Source: a virus (lineage: Duplodnaviria; Caudoviricetes). Taken from it: a DNA stretch of 29,905 bases. The notes under the pieces were generated by a model that searched no databases, was not told the origin of the DNA, and saw nothing but the letters and a program-made list of their open reading frames with translations. The translations under genes and the position numbers were made by a program. Shown in pieces: positions 19,160 through 26,359 of the stretch; position 1 is the stretch's first letter; each line of letters starts with the position of its first letter. The stretch spans positions 1 to 29,905 of IMG/VR virus record IMGVR_UViG_3300042445_001947; one strand, given 5' to 3'.

Positions 19160-20235
19160 TGGCAATCGATTTTCCAAATAGCCCATCGTTGAATCAATTA
19201 TTCACCGCTGGTGGAAGCACATGGATTTGGGACGGAATTGCATGGACCCTTCAAAGAATTACAACAGGTGCTCAAGGACCTCAAGGAGAAGTGGGTCCAC
19301 AAGGGCCTGTAGGGCCTGTAGGGCCACAAGGAACATCTATTAATGTTAAAGCATCAGTAGCAACCGTACCCCTTCTGCCTTCAACTGGAAACAGCGCAAA
19401 TGATGCAAGAATTGTACAGTCCGATGGAGACCTTTATATTTGGGGTGGTACATCTTGGACATCCGCTGGCCAGATAGTTGGCCCAGAAGGCCCACAAGGT
19501 ATTCAAGGTCCCAAAGGAGATACTGGAGACACTGGTGCAACTGGAGCTTCAGGCGGAATAACTTTAGCCGTTACAAACTCGGGATCTGGTTCATATACAA
19601 TTAATGGTTCTGCTAATCCAACTTTATCTTTTATTCGGGGGCATAGATATGTAATTAATGTTAATGCAGTCGGACATCCATTTTGGATTCAAACAGTTTC
19701 AGGTGCATATAGCGCAGGAAATGTTTATTCTACTGGAATAACATTATCTTCAGGAACACGGGATAATGGAACAATTATATTTGAAGTTCCATTTAATGCC
19801 CCTCAACTTTATTATGCTTGCGAATACCACTCATCAATGGCTGGCTCTATTACAGTTTCTGATCTGGGGCCTCAAGGAATTCAAGGTATTCAGGGTATTC
19901 AAGGTATTCAAGGTCCCAAAGGAGACACAGGAGACACAGGTGCTACTGGATCACAAGGGGCTCAAGGAATACAAGGTATTCAAGGTGTTAAGGGCGACAC
20001 AGGAGCACAGGGTCCAGTAGGCACCCCGTCGGCGGGATCAATTACTAATGCTATGCTTGCAAACTCATCAATATCAATTAACAACGCACCAGTAGCACTC
20101 GGTGCAAATATAAACCTTGCAACTACAGCATATTCAAACGGAACAAATACTGCAAACTCAAATAAAATATTCTATAACACAACTGGAACGCCACCAACTG
20201 GCACTGCAGCTGGCGATTTATATATATTCTTTTAG
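19159..20235 (+). CDS. Collagen-like fibre with an inserted cupredoxin-like domain
   Basis: N-terminus MAIDFPNSP...TWIWDG.AW, Gly-X-Y tracts, and an internal GHPF...YYACEYHSSMAG.I domain. Confidence 0.8.
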   Translation: MAIDFPNSPSLNQLFTAGGSTWIWDGIAWTLQRITTGAQGPQGEVGPQGPVGPVGPQGTSINVKASVATVPLLPSTGNSANDARIVQSDGDLYIWGGTSWTSAGQIVGPEGPQGIQGPKGDTGDTGATGASGGITLAVTNSGSGSYTINGSANPTLSFIRGHRYVINVNAVGHPFWIQTVSGAYSAGNVYSTGITLSSGTRDNGTIIFEVPFNAPQLYYACEYHSSMAGSITVSDLGPQGIQGIQGIQGIQGPKGDTGDTGATGSQGAQGIQGIQGVKGDTGAQGPVGTPSAGSITNAMLANSSISINNAPVALGANINLATTAYSNGTNTANSNKIFYNTTGTPPTGTAAGDLYIFF

Positions 20236-20243
20236 GATAGCAT

Positions 20244-22088
20244 ATGACTATAAAAGCATATGATGGAACAACATGGCAAACACAAAAATCATTAAAGATT
20301 TATAATGGTTTGTCTTGGTCAACCGCAAAACAAGCATGGATTTTTAACGGAACGAGCTGGTTAATAAATTATCCAGAGTCTCCTCAAAATGTATCTGGAG
20401 CATCTATATCCACACTATCTGGAACTGCAGGAAGAATTGGTTGTGTATATATTGCATCGGTAGGTTCATGGAATTCAAATGATGCATATATTCCCACTTC
20501 TTATTCGTATCAATGGACAAGAGATGGTTCAGATGTAGCTGGTCAAACAAATAATACTTATACTACAGGTGCAGCCGATGCTGACAAAGTAATAGGTTGT
20601 AGAGTAACAGCAACTAATTTTAGAGGAAGTACTCCATCTTCAGCAACTACAGGGCTTCAAATGCTAACACATGTCTCATCTTTAACTGGATCAAATACGA
20701 CACTAACAGTAGGTGCTCCAACAGTTTCATTTAATCCAAATGGCTTAAGCTATAGCGGATCTTGGAACCTTGTACCAAATGCAACTACCTATGAAACCAC
20801 GTCTGGAGGAACCGCAGGATCACCTTCAGTAGATGTAGGAAACAGAATATTTAGTGGAACTGGAACTGCAGGAAATGCATCATTCTCAGTAAGAGCGGTA
20901 AATACAAATAGGAGGATTTCTTTAAGTTGGCCAGCAGCAACTGGGGCAACATCTTATGATCTTTACGTTAACGGAGGGTTTTTTGGAAATGTGGGTAACA
21001 CAACAAGCTATCCATATACTCCGCCTGACGACAATGCCAGAAACTTTACCATATATCCTAGATCATCAGGAAATGTTCAAGGCTACGGAGCATCAGTAGC
21101 ATCAACTATAGCAGCACCAGCAACACGAAGCGATTATGGAACAGGATCAGGAAATCTTGTCCAGCCTAATGCAACTTCTCCTACATTTGCTAATGGAAGT
21201 GCAACTACTTCAAACTTATCTGTATCTTGGGGCGGAGCAACAAATGCAACTAAGTACAGAGTATATTGGACACAAGGATCTAGCATATCTTTAGATCCAG
21301 CCGTGTCTTACGATGCCCCAGAATGGACGGGAACTTCTGCCAGCTATAATGGATCATTTTCAGAAGGAACAACTTATTATTTTTATATATCGGCATCAGG
21401 AGATAACAATGTTTGGACCCCGTATGGATCATTTAAAGCATCAGGTACACCTGCTATAACCGCTCCAGGCACTCCCTCTGTATCTATAAGCAGTATTACT
21501 GCATCTTCATTTTTAATATCTTGGGGTGCAACAGCTGGCGCTGATTCTTATGCGGTCTCAGTAGGTACGTCACCTGGCGGTAGCAATATATTAAATACGT
21601 CTGGAATTACAGACACATCACGTGGTGTTACTGGGCTGTCTGCATCAACTACATATTACGCAACAGTAACTGCTTACAAGAACATATACGGGTTTGGTTC
21701 CCCTGGCTCTGGATCTGCAACGACTACTCAATCACCAACAATAAACTTTGGGACACCAACAAGGCCAACATTTTATCGAAGCGGAACAACAGTTAAGTGG
21801 GGAATGGACAACCCATCATTTTCAGGTCCATTCGATCCTTATGGAATAGAATGGGAAGTTGGAAACAATGCGTCTACTGGCAACATCTCATCTGGAAATA
21901 CAAAAAGTTATAATACCAGCTATATCTCTACTTCAGGACTGGGATCAGTTTGGAACTATATTGTTGGTACTCATGCTGGAGATATTCCTGCAACCTCAAG
22001 CCCTAGATATTTAAGATTTAGGATATACGGATATAACACAGTTACTAATGCGTTTGTCGATGGACCGTGGTCACCATGGTCACTCTAA
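20244..22088 (+). CDS. Ig-like/fibronectin type III multidomain adhesin
   Basis: Ig-like G.W...YSYQW.R.G..V.G.T..TYT...AD....I...VTATN and FN3 signatures (SW....GA.SY, GL...TTYY..V.A). Three N-terminal (Y/F)(D/N)G..W repeats. Confidence 0.8.
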   Translation: MTIKAYDGTTWQTQKSLKIYNGLSWSTAKQAWIFNGTSWLINYPESPQNVSGASISTLSGTAGRIGCVYIASVGSWNSNDAYIPTSYSYQWTRDGSDVAGQTNNTYTTGAADADKVIGCRVTATNFRGSTPSSATTGLQMLTHVSSLTGSNTTLTVGAPTVSFNPNGLSYSGSWNLVPNATTYETTSGGTAGSPSVDVGNRIFSGTGTAGNASFSVRAVNTNRRISLSWPAATGATSYDLYVNGGFFGNVGNTTSYPYTPPDDNARNFTIYPRSSGNVQGYGASVASTIAAPATRSDYGTGSGNLVQPNATSPTFANGSATTSNLSVSWGGATNATKYRVYWTQGSSISLDPAVSYDAPEWTGTSASYNGSFSEGTTYYFYISASGDNNVWTPYGSFKASGTPAITAPGTPSVSISSITASSFLISWGATAGADSYAVSVGTSPGGSNILNTSGITDTSRGVTGLSASTTYYATVTAYKNIYGFGSPGSGSATTTQSPTINFGTPTRPTFYRSGTTVKWGMDNPSFSGPFDPYGIEWEVGNNASTGNISSGNTKSYNTSYISTSGLGSVWNYIVGTHAGDIPATSSPRYLRFRIYGYNTVTNAFVDGPWSPWSL

Positions 22089-22098
22089 GGAATATGAT

Positions 22099-22299
22099 AT
22101 GATATCTAAAGAAGAAAAGATTTTTATTATAGATGGTTACCTAAAATCAAAAGGTGCTGAAAGAACTATGTTAAATGATAGGATTACTCCTGACTTAACT
22201 CAGGAGGAGCTTGCTGAAATAAACCTCAGCATAGAGTCAATAGATCAAAAGATTCAAGCCATTGAGTCTGAAAGAATAAAAATAGAAGAAGGAGAATAA
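22099..22299 (+). CDS. Small helical/coiled-coil protein (start revised from 22048 to 22099)
   Basis: SD AAGGA at 22087-22091. The ISKEEK..I start and helical pattern resemble the next gene (LTNDEK..I). Confidence 0.65.
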   Translation: MISKEEKIFIIDGYLKSKGAERTMLNDRITPDLTQEELAEINLSIESIDQKIQAIESERIKIEEGE

Positions 22300-22300
22300 A

Positions 22301-22498
22301 ATGCCAACATATACAGTTCTAACAAATGATGAGAAAGCAGCAATTGCTCAAGCAGAAATTAGAAATCTAGAGTATCAGATGTATACACTTGAAGTAAGAC
22401 TTATCGCAGAAAATGCAAAGTCAGACCCAGATGAAACAGCTGTTTCAACTTTAACTACATTAATTGCTGAAAAGCAAACACAAATAGCAGCACTTTAA
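22301..22498 (+). CDS. Small helical/coiled-coil protein
   Basis: SD AAGGAG and a helical-hairpin-like sequence. Probable paralog of 22099-22299. Confidence 0.7.
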   Translation: MPTYTVLTNDEKAAIAQAEIRNLEYQMYTLEVRLIAENAKSDPDETAVSTLTTLIAEKQTQIAAL

Positions 22499-22516
22499 TT
22501 AAAAGAGGAGGATGGA

Positions 22517-24322
22517 ATGTCATATAAAAATAGAGTCTTAAACGACTTTCCAAACTCATTTTATTTATTAGATGAAGTGCAGTCAGGTGCTACTGACACA
22601 TACACCGAGCTGTTATCTCAATATGCAACATACCAGGCTTTAAAAGATAGCGGTATCACATACGGACAAATAAGCGGTCTAGAGATATATGACTACTCAG
22701 GTAGTTTAAATAATGGTACCGCTTCCTTTGCATCCACAAAAGAGATAATGCCTTTAGTGACAGGGTCCGTAAGAGGAACTGAGCTTTTGACATCAACAGT
22801 AATTAATTATAGCCCTAAAGGAATTGCAACAAAATACTATAAAGATAATTCTTTTTCTATAGAGGCATGGTGTGCACTTCCAGGTTATAGCACAAGCACA
22901 ACAATAGTTGGAGATGTCACTAATAACATTGGAATATTTTATCAGAATGGTAATATTATATTTAAAGTCGGGGCTAATCAGGTTCAGGCTACAGTATCAA
23001 ATTCTGAAGTAGTATACATAGTTGCTATATTCCAAAGCAATATTTTGTCGCTATATATAAACGGATTAATTGCTGATGCATTAGAAATAGACTCATATAA
23101 GTTTTCTAATGAGTTAGTTGCTTTTCAAAGTGGGCCAGCATCTGGAAGAGTTGTAGTAGACTGTGTCGCATTTTATAGATATGCACTATCTGGAACTCAG
23201 ATATTAAATCATTACTCTGAGGGAACTCAAGAAGTAAATATATCTCAAATTGTGGCAGCAGATAACGGATACCTATTCAGCATGAACACGGAATCAATTA
23301 GGCCTAAGTTTATATATTCATACCCAACATCAAAGACATGGTCTGAGGTGGCAACGGGAGGAATCTCAATATCTGATGACAATTCATTTATCTATATACC
23401 AGAAACAGAAACTTCAGCAACGGCATCATTTACATTTACTGACTACTTCATTGTCCCAAGCTATTTAAATATCGATACATCCCAGATCCACTGGAGCAAT
23501 GATGTAACTGGAATTCTTGTAGAGGCCAGCATCGATAATATTACTTGGCGGACATGCAAGAATGGAAGTCCTCTTCCTTATATCAATAAGAACGATAATC
23601 AATTTTCAGAGATAGTTTATTTAAGGATAACTTTATCCTCTGCAGATACAAGTAAATATCTTCCAGTTCTTAGATCCCTAGAAATAGCCTTCTATACTGG
23701 AAAGAACTTTTATAGCGACAACTCAGGATATTATGTATCCTCTGCATATGACTACTCTCTACCCAAGGTTAATAGCAAGACCCTTTCTTATAATAAATAC
23801 AATGGGCTTGTTATGTATGACGGACATGGATTCTCATTGAATTCTATTCCCGCCGTTTCTTGCATAGAGATGATATACACCCCACAGTATAATCAGAATG
23901 TCTTATTCTCAGGAGCTAATAAAAAGTACGAGTGGGATAATACGGGGCTAATAACAAAGACAGGGATCTCCTCAATTTATGTCAATGGCATAGATAGGAC
24001 GGCGGAAACAAATGTCTGGAACTTCCTAGTAGTAGATACCCCACACCATATTGTAATAAATCTAACATCAACAGACACCAACATAAAATTTAATCAAAAT
24101 CAGAATGACTCCAAGTCTGGGCTGGGCCATATGTATAACAATGTAGCCGTATATGAGAGCACCTTGTCCGTAAATCGGATATTAAACCATTACCTGCTAT
24201 ATACTGGGAATACAATTAATCAAATAAATGACACATCCTTTTCTATAGTAGAGTCATCTTTAGGTGACGATTCGACCCCATTCTTTATAACCGTGGTAGA
24301 GCCAGAGTCAGTTACCATATAG
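22517..24322 (+). CDS. LamG-like domain virion protein
   Basis: Motifs SY...VL.D.P..FY.LDE, DYSG..NNG, FSIEAW, LYING and VAFYRYALS..QI..HY, with a second LamG-like repeat at the C-terminus. SD GAGGAGG. Confidence 0.8.
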   Translation: MSYKNRVLNDFPNSFYLLDEVQSGATDTYTELLSQYATYQALKDSGITYGQISGLEIYDYSGSLNNGTASFASTKEIMPLVTGSVRGTELLTSTVINYSPKGIATKYYKDNSFSIEAWCALPGYSTSTTIVGDVTNNIGIFYQNGNIIFKVGANQVQATVSNSEVVYIVAIFQSNILSLYINGLIADALEIDSYKFSNELVAFQSGPASGRVVVDCVAFYRYALSGTQILNHYSEGTQEVNISQIVAADNGYLFSMNTESIRPKFIYSYPTSKTWSEVATGGISISDDNSFIYIPETETSATASFTFTDYFIVPSYLNIDTSQIHWSNDVTGILVEASIDNITWRTCKNGSPLPYINKNDNQFSEIVYLRITLSSADTSKYLPVLRSLEIAFYTGKNFYSDNSGYYVSSAYDYSLPKVNSKTLSYNKYNGLVMYDGHGFSLNSIPAVSCIEMIYTPQYNQNVLFSGANKKYEWDNTGLITKTGISSIYVNGIDRTAETNVWNFLVVDTPHHIVINLTSTDTNIKFNQNQNDSKSGLGHMYNNVAVYESTLSVNRILNHYLLYTGNTINQINDTSFSIVESSLGDDSTPFFITVVEPESVTI

Positions 24323-24347
24323 TTTTGTCCATCTGATGTACAAACTC

Positions 24348-24376
24348 TAGACTTTAGCACGAAATAATGGTATGAT
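24348..24376 (+). promoter_or_regulatory. Sigma70-type promoter, probable leaderless transcript
   Basis: TAGACT(24348-24353)-N17-TATGAT(24371-24376) with an extended TG. ATG 24385 lies 8 nt downstream. Confidence 0.75.
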
Positions 24377-24384
24377 TTATGTCT

Positions 24385-24726
24385 ATGGATATGAGCAAAG
24401 CTAGATATAACATTAATGAAGAAGAATCGATTCTGGGCATATATGTCTGGGAAATGCCAGATGGCAGATGGATTGGAGACGATGATGGGAACTTTCTTTC
24501 GATCACGTCCAAAAAAGGTAATAGATCCAACATCGATGCTTTGGCTAGAGAAGTTCGCTCGTTCGGCGTATACGAAGGCGGGCCTAAATTTCTTTCCGCT
24601 AGAAGGAAGATTGACGATGAAGAGTTCCAGCATCAAAAGCAAAGACTCGACTGGGGATTAGTTCCAGATCCATACGATATAGGAAACTATAAAGACGAAA
24701 TGAAGAAACTAGGTGGTTTAAGATGA
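24385..24726 (+). CDS. Conserved hypothetical protein coupled to the portal (start revised from 24379 to 24385)
   Basis: ATG 24379 is only 2 nt from the -10 box, so it could not be transcribed from that promoter. ATGA overlap with the portal gene. Confidence 0.7.
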   Translation: MDMSKARYNINEEESILGIYVWEMPDGRWIGDDDGNFLSITSKKGNRSNIDALAREVRSFGVYEGGPKFLSARRKIDDEEFQHQKQRLDWGLVPDPYDIGNYKDEMKKLGGLR

Positions 24727-26306
24727 CAGTAGAATTTCTTGGTGAAGATAACTCAGAAAACATTATCGACATATCAAATACAGCAGATTGGTTTTCTTTT
24801 AAAAAAGACGAAAAGAATAATGACCCATTTGCAGTAGGCCTAGAAGACCTAAAGAAGTTTAGAGGCTTAGGCTCATCATTTAAGCGCAGAATTAATAGAG
24901 AATTCTCAAAGTCTTTTACTGGCATAGATGAAACAGGAACACAACAAAATCTACTTGCACAAGCCATAACTGGTTATGCAATGTTCGATCTTATTGAGCC
25001 TCCATACAATCAAGAATACCTTTCAAAGATATATGAAATTTCAACATATAACTATGCAGCAATTAATGCAAAGGTTGCCAACATTGTTGGCCTAGGATAT
25101 GACTTTGTTGAGACAAAGAAAACAAACGATGCCTTTGACTCTATTACAGATGATAAACAATTAGAAAGAGCCCGTAGAAAATTAAACAAGCTACGCCAAG
25201 ATGTACACGCCTGGCTAGATACAACCAACGATGAAGATACATTTACCCAGACCCTGATTAAGGTTTATACAGACCTAGAAGCAACAGGAAATGGCTATAT
25301 TGAAATAGGAAGAACAACAGGCGGAGACATAGGGTATATCGGTCATATCCCAGCAAAGACAATGCGTGTTCGTAGACTAAGAGATGGCTTTGTTCAACTA
25401 CTATACGGCAAGGCAGTATACTTTAGTAACTTCGGAGACAATGAAGTAGAGAACCCAATCGCTGGTCAAGAAGATCGCCCAAATGAAATTATTCATTTAA
25501 AGAAATATACACCAATGAACAACTACTACGGTATTCCAGATATTATTGCAGCACAGGTAGCCCTTGCTGGAAATGAATTGTCTGGCCGCTATAACCTAGA
25601 CTACTTTGAAAACAAGGCGGTCCCAAGATATATCATTACAGTAAAGGGAGCAAAACTTTCTCCAGAGTCAGAGCGCAAATTGCTAGAGTTTTTCCAAGTT
25701 GGATTAAAGGGAAAGAATCATAGATCCCTATACGTCCCACTTCCAGCAGACAGCCCAGACTCAAAAGTTGAATTTAAAATGGAGCCTATTGAGGCTGGAA
25801 ATCAAGAAGGATCATTTGAGAAATATCGTAAATCAAATAGAGACGAAATTCTACTTGCCCACCGTGTTCCAATTAATAAAATAGGAACTCCAGAGGGGGT
25901 TAATTTAGCGGTAGCCAGAGATGCTGATAAGACATTTAAAGAGCAGGTTTGCCGACCAGCCCAAATGATATTAGAGAAAAAAATCAATGCAATATTTGAT
26001 GAAAAGACAGATGCTCTGACTTTAAAGTTTAATGAATTAACTTTAACCGATGAAGACACCCAATCTCAAATCGATGAAAGATATTTAAGAATGCAGGTAA
26101 TTACTCCAAATGAGGTTAGAATTAGAAAAGGAATGATTCCTGTTGACGGTGGAGACGAGATGGTTGATTTAAAGCCACAGCAGGCCGCCGACCAAAGGGC
26201 AACCGCTGGAAAAACCAGAGCTAGGGATTCCGAAAGATCCGCAGCCTCCTCCGATAAAATAGGAGAAGGTCGAAATGCCAAAGGCGACGGAAGACAGGTC
26301 GACTAA
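24723..26306 (+). CDS. Phage portal protein (HK97/PBSX-like)
   Basis: Motifs TGNGYIEI.R, EIIHLK.Y.P...YYGIP, N..YFEN.AVP, I..AHRVP and ITPNEVR...G..P..GGD. Lies immediately before the protease and capsid genes. Confidence 0.93.
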   Translation: MTVEFLGEDNSENIIDISNTADWFSFKKDEKNNDPFAVGLEDLKKFRGLGSSFKRRINREFSKSFTGIDETGTQQNLLAQAITGYAMFDLIEPPYNQEYLSKIYEISTYNYAAINAKVANIVGLGYDFVETKKTNDAFDSITDDKQLERARRKLNKLRQDVHAWLDTTNDEDTFTQTLIKVYTDLEATGNGYIEIGRTTGGDIGYIGHIPAKTMRVRRLRDGFVQLLYGKAVYFSNFGDNEVENPIAGQEDRPNEIIHLKKYTPMNNYYGIPDIIAAQVALAGNELSGRYNLDYFENKAVPRYIITVKGAKLSPESERKLLEFFQVGLKGKNHRSLYVPLPADSPDSKVEFKMEPIEAGNQEGSFEKYRKSNRDEILLAHRVPINKIGTPEGVNLAVARDADKTFKEQVCRPAQMILEKKINAIFDEKTDALTLKFNELTLTDEDTQSQIDERYLRMQVITPNEVRIRKGMIPVDGGDEMVDLKPQQAADQRATAGKTRARDSERSAASSDKIGEGRNAKGDGRQVD

Positions 26307-26323
26307 GTCCACTCAACTGTTAT

Positions 26324-26352
26324 TTGCTTTATAGTCTATAACGCTATAAAAT
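26324..26352 (+). promoter_or_regulatory. Sigma70-type promoter, probable leaderless transcript
   Basis: TTGCTT(26324-26329)-N17-TAAAAT(26347-26352). ATG 26360 lies 7 nt downstream, and there is no SD. Confidence 0.7.
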
Positions 26353-26359
26353 TAAGCAT

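Noticed and set aside
16735-20020. CRISPR-like or satellite array from CAAGG(T/A)AT(T/A) repeats
   Set aside because: These are 9-bp-period Gly-X-Y collagen codons inside ORFs, with no repeat-spacer structure.
20221-20246. Frameshift or readthrough fusing 19159 to 20244 at TTCTTTTAG
   Set aside because: The genes are in different frames, and the downstream frame has a TAG at 20238-20240 just before its ATG.
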